Of a stretch of DNA of 57,149 nt, positions 1 through 9,708 are shown in pieces. The notes under the pieces were generated by a model. The model did no database searches. It saw only the letters and a program-made list of their open reading frames with translations, and was not told where the DNA came from. The translations under genes were made by a program, and so were the position numbers. Each line of letters begins with the position of its first letter. Position 1 is the stretch's first letter. The stretch comes from a virus (Duplodnaviria; Caudoviricetes): positions 1-57,149 of the IMG/VR virus record IMGVR_UViG_3300044830_000034, one strand, 5' to 3'.

Positions 1-6
1 CCGGCC

Positions 7-294
7 ATGGTCGCGCTGGAGCAGATCCGCCGCGGCCTCGGCCACCTGCCCGCCGCCGTATTCAGCATCAGCCCGGCCTACCCCGACCAACTCGACATCT
101 CCCTGCACAGCGACCTCGGCGACTTCGAGGCATGGCGCGGCGCCCTGGGCATCCCGTCCGCCACGGTCACCTACGGCACGCAGACCGGCGCGTGCCTGCT
201 CCGGGCCATTGCCCAGTGGGGCGGCGCGACCGTCGAGTTGGCTGGGTACGGGCCTCTGCCCAAGCCGGACGCGGACGGGGCTGATCAGCAGTGA
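7..294 (+). CDS. hypothetical protein (may be 5'-truncated by window edge)
   Basis: ORF with normal high-GC codon usage, GTGA overlap with next gene. Confidence 0.6.
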   Translation: MVALEQIRRGLGHLPAAVFSISPAYPDQLDISLHSDLGDFEAWRGALGIPSATVTYGTQTGACLLRAIAQWGGATVELAGYGPLPKPDADGADQQ

Positions 295-629
295 CCGCCC
301 AGACGACCGCCCCCGCCGCCGCGTTTGTCCCGGCGTGGTTCTGCCCGAACGCGGACCTGACCTTGATGTGGGGTCAGCTTCACGGGGTCGTGTACGGGTG
401 GCAGCTCCGCTACCGGGGCCGGCTGATCGGCACGCTGGTGGGCTTCCCGGTCGGCGCTCCGCCGAACGGGGAGCGCGAGGCCCTCGCTTGGGCGGACACG
501 GTGGCCGGGCTGCAGCAGTGGATCGCCCGCCCCGCCCGCAGTGGCGCCAACCACACCCACGCCAACTCCGGCATCACCTGCCCGCCACCGATCTACGTGC
601 CCGACGAGACCGAGGAGAACCCGTCGTGA
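291..629 (+). CDS. hypothetical protein
   Basis: translationally coupled ORF (GTGA overlaps at both ends). Confidence 0.65.
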   Translation: MTAQTTAPAAAFVPAWFCPNADLTLMWGQLHGVVYGWQLRYRGRLIGTLVGFPVGAPPNGEREALAWADTVAGLQQWIARPARSGANHTHANSGITCPPPIYVPDETEENPS

Positions 630-814
630 GCAGCCGCCAGTACGTCGTAGAGGCCACCACCCCCGAAGGCTGCGTCGAGTTCGGCGCCGAAGCCACCAAG
701 GGCGCCCAGTTCGCTGGCGTCGTCCAGCAGATGGTCCAGGACCACGCCGCCGAGACCGGATGCACCGAACGAGACATCACCGTCACCAGCGCCTGGTGGA
801 CGCCCAGCGAGTAA
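626..814 (+). CDS. hypothetical protein
   Basis: GTG at 626 overlapping the previous stop; MSSRQYVVEATTPEG... Confidence 0.55.
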   Translation: MSSRQYVVEATTPEGCVEFGAEATKGAQFAGVVQQMVQDHAAETGCTERDITVTSAWWTPSE

Positions 815-890
815 GCCGCCGGGCCGGCCAGCACCCCTCCGCAGGCCGGCCCGGCACCGACCGCACGATCCGATCACGAGAGGAGTCACC

Positions 891-1265
891 GTGCGCCTGT
901 TCAGCCGAAAGATCGACCAGGTGTCCACCGAAGAGCAGCGCTACCAGGCGGCAGCCTCCGAACAGGCTGCCGAGGGTGACCGGAAGGCCCGGTACGACGC
1001 CGTCAACCAGGCCGCATCCGAGCACTACCGGCGGCAGCGAGAGGCCCGGGAGAAGAAGAACGGCCGGATCAAGAAGGTGGGCGAGATCAAGCGAGTTGGT
1101 CGCGGCAAGTACGTCACGACCGGCTGGGAGATCGACGTTCCCGACGGAAGCGGCCGAGGACGCGTGGCAGAAGAAGGCGTTCACCACAGTGGCCAGCTGG
1201 GCGGCTTCACCCCCGCTGAGCTGTGCGCCATCGCCCACGGACCCCGCTGCCGCAAGTGCTGCTGA
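891..1265 (+). CDS. hypothetical protein
   Basis: RBS GAGGAG, GTG start; C-terminal C-x3-H...C-x2-CC cluster. Confidence 0.65.
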   Translation: MRLFSRKIDQVSTEEQRYQAAASEQAAEGDRKARYDAVNQAASEHYRRQREAREKKNGRIKKVGEIKRVGRGKYVTTGWEIDVPDGSGRGRVAEEGVHHSGQLGGFTPAELCAIAHGPRCRKCC

Positions 1266-1363
1266 CCACCACCACCTGACGGCTGACCTGACCATCTAGC
1301 CCCCGCGCTGGGTGGTGAGGAGAACCGCCAGACACCCCACCCGCCGCAACCCGAAGGAGCACC

Positions 1364-1732
1364 GTGAACCCGCTCAGCCTGATCGCCCCCGCGACCGTGG
1401 CGCGTCGCAATGCCCAGAAGGAGGCCGCCACCTTCGCCGCCACCGTCCGCTCCGGCTACACGTACTACTCCGTGGTCGACCTCAACGCGAAGTACCCCGG
1501 GGCGCCCCGCCGGGCCCTCATGGAGTGGACGTTCAGCAAGCCGGGCCGGTGGATCGGCCAGGAGTCCCGCTGCGACCACATGACCGCCGCCGGTGCGTGG
1601 CTCGGCTACGGCCCGCTCCACGCGACGCGCCCCGGCGGCCTGACGACGTTCCAGGAACTGCGCAGGCGGCCCGGCGTCTTCGGCCCCGACCCGGCCGAGG
1701 TCATCAGCCACGCCACCCCGGCGGGTGTCTGA
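1364..1732 (+). CDS. hypothetical protein
   Basis: RBS AAGGAG before GTG. Confidence 0.65.
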   Translation: MNPLSLIAPATVARRNAQKEAATFAATVRSGYTYYSVVDLNAKYPGAPRRALMEWTFSKPGRWIGQESRCDHMTAAGAWLGYGPLHATRPGGLTTFQELRRRPGVFGPDPAEVISHATPAGV

Positions 1733-2033
1733 CATGGGCTGGTCCTATGGCGGTCCCACGCGGTCCGCGCTCCAGATGGAGCAGCTCGGCCAGCAGATGG
1801 CGCACGTCCTGCCCGCCCGCCAATGGCGCACCGTCCGGACCCTGTTCGACGCGGTGGAGCACGGCGACGGCCCGTTCACCTTCGATGCCGTCATGGCGCA
1901 CCGGTACGCCGAGGTGTTCCGGGCTGCCGCCGCGCACTCGAAGATGCCTGCCGACTGGGGACGGTTCGCTCTCGACGTGGCCGACCATGCGTCGGCCGCG
2001 ATCCGCTCCGGCGGCCTCTGGCGGTGGTCCTGA
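1725..2033 (+). CDS. hypothetical protein (actinomycete mobile-element type)
   Basis: coupled ORF ending in ...GGLWRWS. Confidence 0.6.
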   Translation: MSDMGWSYGGPTRSALQMEQLGQQMAHVLPARQWRTVRTLFDAVEHGDGPFTFDAVMAHRYAEVFRAAAAHSKMPADWGRFALDVADHASAAIRSGGLWRWS

Positions 2034-2605
2034 TGTCCGTCGACGTGACCGCGTTCGAGGAGCTGCTGGCCGAGCTGGACTCGGGCGTCGGCGACGAGGC
2101 GGAGGCATGGCTGCACGACCCGACCCGCACCGCGCACCGGTTGGTCACCGTGCCCACCGCAGAGCTGGTGCGGCTGGCGGGTGCCGATCAGCCCGCCCCG
2201 GCTCCGGCCGGCCCGCGGCTTCCCGGCGGGTTGTGGCGGGTGCTGCCGGATCGGCTGCTGTCCCTGCACCCCGCCCGTCGGGGCGAGGGCCTGCAGCGGG
2301 CGCGGATCACCACCACGGAGCACCTGGAGCTGACCGCGCTGGTCCTGGAGCGGTGGGGGTGGGCCAAGTCCGGCCGCCGCATCCGCACTGCGACCGGTGG
2401 CCGCTGCATCCTCGGCGCCCAGCGGGCCGTGCACGCCCTCGGCTACGGCACGGAGCACACCGCCGTCGAGGCGGGGCGGCAGATCCAGGGCGCCCTCGCC
2501 GACCGGGGGATCACGATGCCGTACCCCCGGTGGAACGAGATGCCGGGCGTCACCGGTCCGATGGCGCTCGGGCTGGTCCGCGCCGCAGCGAAGGGGAGTG
2601 CCTGA
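2033..2605 (+). CDS. DUF6197-like hypothetical protein
   Basis: LERWGW...GRCILGA...WNE-PG pattern; TGATG overlap. Confidence 0.55.
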   Translation: MSVDVTAFEELLAELDSGVGDEAEAWLHDPTRTAHRLVTVPTAELVRLAGADQPAPAPAGPRLPGGLWRVLPDRLLSLHPARRGEGLQRARITTTEHLELTALVLERWGWAKSGRRIRTATGGRCILGAQRAVHALGYGTEHTAVEAGRQIQGALADRGITMPYPRWNEMPGVTGPMALGLVRAAAKGSA

Positions 2606-2880
2606 TGCCCCGCGTGCTGGTGGTCCGAGCGCCGACCCCGTGGCGGCGAGTGGCGTTGGCGGCCCTCGCGGTCGTCGCGCACCTGCTGCTCGGGGTGCTG
2701 GTGCTGGCCCTCCGCACTGTTCGGGTGATCGTCACCGCCGCCACCGACACCGCTGTCCACGCCGAGCAGCAGCTCGCCGCCCGCACCGGCCGACCGGCCC
2801 TGTCGCAGACCGGCATCGGCGTCCTCGCCGCCGCGTTCGTCCAGGAATTCCTCACCACCTACCGCCAGCCCACCCGATAG
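2605..2880 (+). CDS. small membrane protein, possible spread (Spd)-type accessory
   Basis: hydrophobic helix VALAALAVVAHLLLGVLVLAL; directly upstream of the transfer genes. Confidence 0.5.
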   Translation: MPRVLVVRAPTPWRRVALAALAVVAHLLLGVLVLALRTVRVIVTAATDTAVHAEQQLAARTGRPALSQTGIGVLAAAFVQEFLTTYRQPTR

Positions 2881-2899
2881 CCCCGAAGGAGACATCACC

Positions 2900-4276
2900 G
2901 TGAACGGCCCGACCCTGAACGGCACCAAGCGGCCCCCCGTGCCGACATGGCAGCCGTTCACGCCCATCCACCTCGGCGTCTTCGCCGAACCCGAGACCGC
3001 ACCGGAGCCGGCGCCCGTCGCCGAGCCGGCCATCGACCTGGTGAAGGCCGCCGAGGCTGCCGCGATCCGAGCCCGCACGGAGGCAGAGACCGAGGCCCGG
3101 CGGATCACTGCCGAGGCCGAGGCCAAGGCTATTGAGGTCAAGGCCGAAGTCGATGCTGAGCAGAAGCGCATCGCCAACGATCGCGCCGTGATGCGCCTGG
3201 AGAAGGAGCGCGCCGACCACGAACTCCGGCTCGCCGAGACCAAGCGCAAGCAGGAAGAGGTCGAGCGTCAGCGGGCTGCGGCCAACGCCGCGCGACAGGC
3301 CGAGCAGCAGGCTGAAGCCGACCGGGCCAAGGAGATCGCGACGGCCGACGACAAGTGGCGCAAGTACGCGATCCGCTTCGCCGTCGTCTGCGGGATCGTC
3401 GCCCTGCCTGTCCAGGTCAGCGCGTTCTGGAACCCGAAGGCGCCGTGGCTGGCCGCAGCGCCGGTCATGCTCGAAGCCGGGGCGTGGGTCGTGCAGCGTG
3501 GCGCTGCCGCTGCCGTCGCGAATCGTCGTCCGCTCTGGCACTACAGGGCCATCGCCTGGACGCTCGCCTGCGTCGCCGCTGCCGTCAATCTGTTCCACGG
3601 CCTCTCCCACTTCGATGCGGCGACCGCCTACGCCACCGCCTTCGCCAGCCTCGCCGGCCCGGGTGTGTGGGACCTCCACGAGCACGGCCGGATCCGGAAG
3701 CGCGACGGGGCCCTGACTCGCCGGGAGCAGAAGGCGAAGGAGCGGGCAGAGAAGGGCGTTGCCGCCGAGAGGGCCACCCGCGAGGCCGCCGCGCGAGCCG
3801 AGAAGGACGCCGCCGAGAAGGCGGCCTTCGCCGCCTTCGAACAGCTCGCGAAGGACCGCGAGAAGTTGTACCCGAAGGTGTGGGAGCACGCCGTGAAGCT
3901 GGCCGCCGGACTTGGCGAGACGACTGTCACGGAGTCCGTTTGGAGGCGGGCCCACAAGGACGTCGAGGGCACCGACCCGGGCGACTCGGCTGAGGCTCAG
4001 CAGCTCCGGAATGCGGCTGCGCGGAAGATGCTCGACGCCCGCGCCGACGCCCCCGACAAGACGGTCTGGAAGGCGCCAGAAACGACCACAAACGCACAGG
4101 TCCTTCCACGAGTCCCCTCCGGTGGGCGCAGGGGTTCTGTGACGGGCCCGCCGGTGCGCGGAGTGCGCCGCCCGGGGGACACCGCACCGTTCGTTGACGC
4201 GGCCCGGAAGCAGGCCGCCATCACCGCCAAGAACGCCAGCCACGCCGACATCACCGGCCGCCGAGAGGACTCCTGA
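2900..4276 (+). CDS. SpdB/DUF2637-like coiled-coil plus multi-TM plasmid spread protein
   Basis: N-terminal coiled coil, about 4 TM segments, charged C-terminus; adjacent to the TraB ATPase. Confidence 0.6.
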   Translation: MNGPTLNGTKRPPVPTWQPFTPIHLGVFAEPETAPEPAPVAEPAIDLVKAAEAAAIRARTEAETEARRITAEAEAKAIEVKAEVDAEQKRIANDRAVMRLEKERADHELRLAETKRKQEEVERQRAAANAARQAEQQAEADRAKEIATADDKWRKYAIRFAVVCGIVALPVQVSAFWNPKAPWLAAAPVMLEAGAWVVQRGAAAAVANRRPLWHYRAIAWTLACVAAAVNLFHGLSHFDAATAYATAFASLAGPGVWDLHEHGRIRKRDGALTRREQKAKERAEKGVAAERATREAAARAEKDAAEKAAFAAFEQLAKDREKLYPKVWEHAVKLAAGLGETTVTESVWRRAHKDVEGTDPGDSAEAQQLRNAAARKMLDARADAPDKTVWKAPETTTNAQVLPRVPSGGRRGSVTGPPVRGVRRPGDTAPFVDAARKQAAITAKNASHADITGRREDS

Positions 4277-4279
4277 ACC

Positions 4280-6358
4280 ATGGCCATCGACAGTTCCTCC
4301 CGCACGGCCGCCGACCTCGACGTGCCGGAGTTCCTCCGCCCAGATTACGTCCCCACCAAGCCCGCGGCGCCGGCCGTGACCGCCACCCGTCCGGCGCCGC
4401 GCACCACCCAGTCCGCAGCGCTGGTCGTCGCCAAGGCGACCGGTCGCGGCCTCGGCCACACCGCCCGCGCGGCGGGCACCGGCGGCGGCTGGCTCGGGCG
4501 CGGTCTGCACGGTACGACCCGCGCGGGCTGGCGGTACGTGCGGGCCGCGGACCGGGTCGAGTCCGTCCAGCCGTCCAGCCACGAGAGCTGGGACAAGATC
4601 CGCGAGGAGCGGCACCGCCGATGGATCGCCGCTGCGGGTACTGCCGGTGGCGGGGTCGTCTTGACCGTTGCCGCATCCCTCGGTCTCGTACTCGGCGTCG
4701 GCGTGCCCGCAGGGGAAGCGTTCCTGCTGGCGCCTGCTGCTGAGACCACGATTGCCGGGGCGATCGTCACCGAGTACGGGCGGCGCATCGCCAACCGGCG
4801 GGAACTCGGAGCCGCCCCGGCCGCGCCCGCGATCTCCGGGGGAGCACCCGCCCTCGATGCGTCCGGCGCCCCGCTGTCTCCTGCCGACGACGTGCTCCTC
4901 AAGGCCCTCGCGGACATCAAGGTCCCCGACGGCTTCCGGATCGTTGCCAGCAATCCGGGCCGCGACGGCACCAGCGTCACCATCGTGGACCTGCCCGCCA
5001 ATTTCACCGTGACGTCGCTGAAGGCCAAGGCCGAGGAACTGGCCGGGGCGCTCGGCCGGGACGTGACGATGGTCGACATCACCAAGGCGGCGCACGCCAA
5101 CCAGGCTGCGATCTGGCTGTCCGCCGTCGACCCGTTCGAAGCCGCGCGCCCGTCGCCGCTCATGGACCTTCGGCTCGCCGTTGACGCCTTCCTCGACGGC
5201 GTGCCGGTCGCATGGGGGAAGCGCGGCAACCCGGTCTTGCTGCCGATCAACAACTCCAGCTTCGTTGTCGGAGGCGGAACTCGGTCGGGCAAGGGCGTTG
5301 GAGCCGCCAACCTCGTCACGGGTGCCGCGTTCGATCCGCGCATTAACCTGCGGATCGTCGCCGGGAAGAACAACGGCGAGTGGGACCCGGCCGCCAAAGC
5401 CGGCGTCGCGGCCACGTACTTCAAGCCCGACCCGCACCGCCTGAACGCGCTCCTCAAAGCCCTGTGGGAGGACAAGGACCGGCGGGAGAGGATTCTCGGC
5501 AAGGCGGGCAAGAGCAAGATGACCGCAGCCACGATCATGGAACTCGGCGGCATTGAGCTCCTGGTCATCGATGAGGTCGCCACGTACACGCGGCCCGGCA
5601 ACGTGCTGCGCGACGAGAACCTGAAGCTCCTGACGGATCTGTCGGCTGTCGCCGCCGCGGCCGGCATCCTGATGGTGCTGATCACCCAGTATCCGGAAGT
5701 TGCTGTCATCCCCCAGGCCCTGGCGATGAACTGCACCACCCGGTGGGCGATGCGTGTTGAGAACGCGACCCAGTCGAACGCGATCCTCGGCGAGGGGTCC
5801 TCCGGGGCCGGTCGGGACGCTTCGAAGTTCGACCCGCCGCGGCCCGGACTGGGCTGGCTGATCAACCCCTTCGCGGGAGTCACCGACCTTGCTCGGTCGT
5901 TCGACCTGGACGAGGACGACCGCGGCGAGGTGTCCGAACTGATGGCCCGCGCCGCGAAGATCCGCAGCGCGGCCGGGCGGCTGACCGGGCAGTGGGACGA
6001 CCCGATCGAGCGGGCCCTCGCGGAGGCGACCGGCATGTCCTCTGCGGCCGGCGGCCCGGACCACAACGGTGTGCCAGCGCGGCTGCTGCACCTGCTCGAC
6101 CCGCAGCAGGCCGCCGCGTTCGACGCGCTCACCGACTGCGTGCAGGTCATGGACGACCTCGGCCGAGACGCGCAGGTGGACGAGATGGCGGCCAAGCTGG
6201 CGATGCCTGCCGAGCGACTGAGCGAGCTGCTTCGGGCGGCTGGCGCGGGGCCCACCGGGAAGATCTGGGTCACCGACGCGGACGGCAAGCGGAACCGCGT
6301 CAACGGCTATCAGCGCGATCACCTGCGAGCCCTGCTCGCTCAGGCCAAATCCGCCTAA
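4280..6358 (+). CDS. traB: TraB-like FtsK/SpoIIIE conjugative DNA translocase
   Basis: two N-terminal TM segments, Walker A GGTRSGKG, Walker B LLVIDE, ITQYP motif, C-terminal wHTH-like tail. Confidence 0.8.
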   Translation: MAIDSSSRTAADLDVPEFLRPDYVPTKPAAPAVTATRPAPRTTQSAALVVAKATGRGLGHTARAAGTGGGWLGRGLHGTTRAGWRYVRAADRVESVQPSSHESWDKIREERHRRWIAAAGTAGGGVVLTVAASLGLVLGVGVPAGEAFLLAPAAETTIAGAIVTEYGRRIANRRELGAAPAAPAISGGAPALDASGAPLSPADDVLLKALADIKVPDGFRIVASNPGRDGTSVTIVDLPANFTVTSLKAKAEELAGALGRDVTMVDITKAAHANQAAIWLSAVDPFEAARPSPLMDLRLAVDAFLDGVPVAWGKRGNPVLLPINNSSFVVGGGTRSGKGVGAANLVTGAAFDPRINLRIVAGKNNGEWDPAAKAGVAATYFKPDPHRLNALLKALWEDKDRRERILGKAGKSKMTAATIMELGGIELLVIDEVATYTRPGNVLRDENLKLLTDLSAVAAAAGILMVLITQYPEVAVIPQALAMNCTTRWAMRVENATQSNAILGEGSSGAGRDASKFDPPRPGLGWLINPFAGVTDLARSFDLDEDDRGEVSELMARAAKIRSAAGRLTGQWDDPIERALAEATGMSSAAGGPDHNGVPARLLHLLDPQQAAAFDALTDCVQVMDDLGRDAQVDEMAAKLAMPAERLSELLRAAGAGPTGKIWVTDADGKRNRVNGYQRDHLRALLAQAKSA

Positions 6359-6360
6359 AA

Positions 6361-6570
6361 CACCCCGGACGGTGGGGCGGACAGGCTTGCATCGTCGCAG
6401 GTCAGCACCCGGACACCTGCCCGGACAGCGGGTGGACGGCACCCGGACGCGTCCGCCCCCTGTCCGGGGTCTGTCCGCCGCCCATACCACCGCAAAGCGG
6501 AACGCTGTCCGCCTCACATACCGGGATCAAAGCCGCACCCCACGGACCAGGCCAAGGCCGACCCCGGACC
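6361..6570. repeat. clt-like cluster of (C/A)CCCGGAC repeats (candidate TraB recognition sequences)
   Basis: CCCGGAC-containing copies near 6361, 6406, 6419, 6440 and 6561, plus an inverted copy at about 6462, immediately after the traB stop. Confidence 0.6.
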
Positions 6571-6597
6571 GGCCCAACAAGATCGAAAGGAATCCCC

Positions 6598-6795
6598 ATG
6601 GCATCCCGAACCGTCACCGACTCCGCTATGACCGACCAGCAGTGGGAAGCGCAGAACAGCCCCATGCACCCGGCCGCAGCGAAGGTGCGCGGCCTGTGCT
6701 GGCAGTGCGCCGGCCAGCAAGTCCTCTACACCGCGTTCGGCGGCGTGCACCTCATCGTCGACTGCGGCGAGTGCAACGGCACCGGGAGGGCGTGA
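6598..6795 (+). CDS. small zinc-finger protein
   Basis: CWQC...CGEC-GTG; RBS AAAGGA. Confidence 0.6.
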   Translation: MASRTVTDSAMTDQQWEAQNSPMHPAAAKVRGLCWQCAGQQVLYTAFGGVHLIVDCGECNGTGRA

Positions 6796-6955
6796 CTACG
6801 ACCCCCGCGGACCTGCCGGGCCCGTTCGGATGGCGCCGCAGCCGGCGCAGGTGACCCGTCCCACGGGCCGAACGCACAGCGCAGTGCACTCCCCAACCCC
6901 CGATCCGGGGACGGTAGAAGCACGGCAAGACACCAGCCAGCTAAAGGAGACCAAC

Positions 6956-7144
6956 ATGCCCCAGCACACCCTGAGCACGGGTGCCCGCGTCAGCTCCGCC
7001 CCGTCCTGCTGCAACCGCGGGATGGTCATGCGCCTCGCCGAGGGGAACGGCCACGAGTACGAGTGCGGATCGTGCGGATGCGGCATCTTCGTGGCGAACT
7101 ACACCGCCACGAAGATCCTCGACTGCAGCAAGCATTCCAGGTAA
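6956..7144 (+). CDS. small zinc-ribbon protein
   Basis: CC...YECGSCG; RBS AAGGAG. Confidence 0.6.
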   Translation: MPQHTLSTGARVSSAPSCCNRGMVMRLAEGNGHEYECGSCGCGIFVANYTATKILDCSKHSR

Positions 7145-7211
7145 CACCCCGGGCCCCTGCCGTCACCGCGGTGGGGGCCCGCGCACGTCCGGGGGAGGGG
7201 ATGATGGGGGC

Positions 7212-7547
7212 ATGACCCTTCGCTGGACACTCAAGCGGATCGCGCACCGAACCGGCTTCCTCGCCTCGCCGTCTCTCGCGTTCCAGGACGTGCCGTTCGG
7301 CCTGAAGCGCCGGAACCTGGCTGGTGAAGTACTGCGCGACATCGACCAGCGCCACCGGGCGCGGCTGGACACCATCCGCGTGCGGCCCCAGCCTGAACAC
7401 GGCCCCGACGCCTACGACTACTGGTGCCCCCACTGCGACCGGTGGCTGCCCGCCGACATGACCTACGGCACCGACGAGCGGGAAGCGCGGGAAAGCGGCC
7501 TCGACCACATGGCCGAGGAGCACGCGGGCGTGCCGGCGTCCAGGTAA
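7212..7547 (+). CDS. hypothetical protein
   Basis: CPHC motif; probably leaderless. Confidence 0.55.
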   Translation: MTLRWTLKRIAHRTGFLASPSLAFQDVPFGLKRRNLAGEVLRDIDQRHRARLDTIRVRPQPEHGPDAYDYWCPHCDRWLPADMTYGTDEREARESGLDHMAEEHAGVPASR

Positions 7548-7559
7548 CCCGCGCGGCGT

Positions 7560-7581
7560 TGTCGGGCGGCGGGGGGACACT
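7560..7581 (+). promoter_or_regulatory. PafBC/RecA-NDp-like promoter (leaderless)
   Basis: TGTCGG-N10-GACACT, 7 nt before ATG 7589. Confidence 0.45.
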
Positions 7582-7588
7582 GGGGGGC

Positions 7589-7936
7589 ATGGACGAGCAT
7601 GACGTTGACGTGATCCTGGACGACTACATCGAGCGGCATCCGTGGTCCCGCGCGGCGCTGATGGGCGACCAGTTGTTTCAGGTGCAGATGGACTTGCTGC
7701 GCCGCATGCTGATGCTCCTCGGACCGGCCCTGCGCCGGGAGCGACTGGACCCGCCCGCGGCCCGCCGGGTCATCGACACCGTGGTGTACGGCGCACCCGA
7801 CCCCGGGGGCGCCCTGGAGCGGATGGTCGAGCACGAGGCGCGGGTCTGGATGCTGGAGCGGGCACCGGTAACTCTCGTTGTCGACGGGGAGATGGCTGAG
7901 CAGTTCGCCAACCTCCTCGGCGGGGAGCGGCCGTGA
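7589..7936 (+). CDS. hypothetical protein
   Basis: MDEHDVDVIL..., coupled to the next gene. Confidence 0.6.
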   Translation: MDEHDVDVILDDYIERHPWSRAALMGDQLFQVQMDLLRRMLMLLGPALRRERLDPPAARRVIDTVVYGAPDPGGALERMVEHEARVWMLERAPVTLVVDGEMAEQFANLLGGERP

Positions 7937-8367
7937 CCGACGACCCGCTGGCCTACCTGCACGCGGCGCACGCTGCGGCGGAGGCTCTCGCGGCGAGTGG
8001 CGAGAGCTGGACCGCCTTCGAGGAGAGCGCACATGGCACGCGTCGAGTCGACGTAGACCATTCCTTCGAGCGTGTCGTCGCCGCAACTCGGGCCTGGCGC
8101 GGGGGACATATCGCCCTCCACGACCCGCACGCCGTCCTCGGCCGGATCAAGGCCGAGCGGGCGCTGATCGCCGACCTTCTCTCCGAGCGGCACCACGTCG
8201 CCAACGATCCCTGGTACACCTGCCAAGCAGCCACCGAGGAACGCGATGGCGGCGAGTACGGCAACGAGAAGTACCGCGGCTGGCCCTGCGACTGCGGGCG
8301 GGACGCGCGGGTTGAACGGCGGCTGCGGATCATGGCCGAAGGTTGGGGCTGGACGGAGTCGACCTGA
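7933..8367 (+). CDS. DUF6221-like protein
   Basis: HIALHDPHAVLGRIKAERALI motif. Confidence 0.6.
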   Translation: MTDDPLAYLHAAHAAAEALAASGESWTAFEESAHGTRRVDVDHSFERVVAATRAWRGGHIALHDPHAVLGRIKAERALIADLLSERHHVANDPWYTCQAATEERDGGEYGNEKYRGWPCDCGRDARVERRLRIMAEGWGWTEST

Positions 8368-8380
8368 CCCCTCCCGGCAC

Positions 8381-8402
8381 TGTCGGGTGACGGGCGCATG
8401 AT
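8381..8402 (+). promoter_or_regulatory. PafBC/RecA-NDp-like promoter
   Basis: TGTCGG-N10-CATGAT. Confidence 0.4.
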
Positions 8403-8437
8403 TGGGGCAGCCTGATCCTGCGCACACGGGAGCCCAT

Positions 8438-9172
8438 ATGTACGACCCCGCCACCGTCATGGACGACTACGCATGGCCGCGCTGCACCTCGTGCAAGCGG
8501 GAACTCTGGGAGACCGAGGTCGGCCGACTGGTGTGCCGGCCGTGCGAGGACAAGGCCGCGCTGCGGCTCCGGGAGCTGGGCCCGATGTTCGTGCGGCTGG
8601 ACTCGACGGGCGCGCTGACGAAGTCCGGCGGCCGGGCGGGTGCGGCCACCTCCGGATCGCGGGTTCCTCCGCTGCCGGTCAGTCTCGCCGTGCTGGACCT
8701 CGCCGCCGCCGGGGGAGTGGTCACCCGGTTGCAGGCGATCGAGGACTCGTGGCGGCAGGCGCTGGGCTGGACCATCGCACCCCGCACTGACGGCCTGCGC
8801 CTGTTCGCCTCGTGGCGCACGGATTCGGCGCGCGAAGTACCAGACCGTCTCAGGTTCCTCGGCAACAACCTGCTGTGGGCCTGCGGCTCATACGCGGAGG
8901 TCGCGCAGGACTTGGAGGAGATCCGCCGGTTGCACTCGGAGGCGACAGCGGCTCTGTCTGCCGAGCGGCGCCCCGGCCGGGTGAAGATCGGTCACTGCCC
9001 GGCCCGGTACGACGACGGCACACGCTGCGCCCAGCCCCTCACCGCAACCGCCGCGAACAGCCGCATCCACTGCGCGGGTTGTGGGGCGCGCTGGGACGAC
9101 ATGGATGCCTGGCGGGAACTGCGACGGGCGCAGGAAGCGATGCATGCCGAGCTGGCGGGAGTCGCGGCGTGA
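8438..9172 (+). CDS. zinc-binding phage protein, candidate late-gene regulator
   Basis: CxxC pairs at both ends, PLPV-LAVLDL core; lies at the early/late boundary. Confidence 0.55.
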   Translation: MYDPATVMDDYAWPRCTSCKRELWETEVGRLVCRPCEDKAALRLRELGPMFVRLDSTGALTKSGGRAGAATSGSRVPPLPVSLAVLDLAAAGGVVTRLQAIEDSWRQALGWTIAPRTDGLRLFASWRTDSAREVPDRLRFLGNNLLWACGSYAEVAQDLEEIRRLHSEATAALSAERRPGRVKIGHCPARYDDGTRCAQPLTATAANSRIHCAGCGARWDDMDAWRELRRAQEAMHAELAGVAA

Positions 9173-9375
9173 GCGCCCAATCCCGCGCCCTGAACGACCT
9201 CGCCGACCACTTCGAATGGCTCCGCGACGGCGACAGCACGCTCTCACGAGCAGGGCGCAACGCCATCCCGCTGTACAACGCATGGCAAGCATTCGACCTC
9301 GCCCACGACGTGATCCGCCGCACCGCCAGCGAGCGGACCTGGCGAGCCCGCATCGGCAGGAGGCTCGGACGATGA
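9169..9375 (+). CDS. hypothetical protein
   Basis: coupled ORF (GTGA and ATGA overlaps). Confidence 0.5.
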   Translation: MSAQSRALNDLADHFEWLRDGDSTLSRAGRNAIPLYNAWQAFDLAHDVIRRTASERTWRARIGRRLGR

Positions 9376-9689
9376 CCGACCTCGCCGACTTCCTCCGCGC
9401 CCGGTACGCCGAGCGGCGTGAGCAGGTCCAGGGCCACGACAGCAACTACAACGACGCCGACGGCTGCTGGGGACTCCACGAAGACCCGGCCGACGTCCTC
9501 GCCGACCTGGACACCAAGCGGCGGATCGTGGACGCCTACGCCGAGGTCGCCGAGTTCTACCAGCCCGACCCCGGCGAACGGTACGAGATCGCCGATGGCC
9601 ATGCCGCCGCCCTGCACGATGTCGTCTGCCTGTTCGCCAGCGTGTACGCCAATCACCCCGACTACCGGCAGGAATGGCGGCCCTCTTGA
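9372..9689 (+). CDS. DUF6221-like protein (second paralogue)
   Basis: MTDLADFLRAR...DPADVLADLDTKRRIV...YANHPDYRQEWRP. Confidence 0.7.
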   Translation: MTDLADFLRARYAERREQVQGHDSNYNDADGCWGLHEDPADVLADLDTKRRIVDAYAEVAEFYQPDPGERYEIADGHAAALHDVVCLFASVYANHPDYRQEWRPS

Positions 9690-9708
9690 CACGCCGCCGC
9701 AGAGGTGG

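Noticed and set aside
2852-6517. 1221-aa and 652-aa minus-strand ORFs and similar long antisense ORFs elsewhere (13276-15069, 17685-19457, 22211-24007, 30971-32674)
   Set aside because: Shadow frames of real genes in high-GC DNA, with no recognisable motifs.
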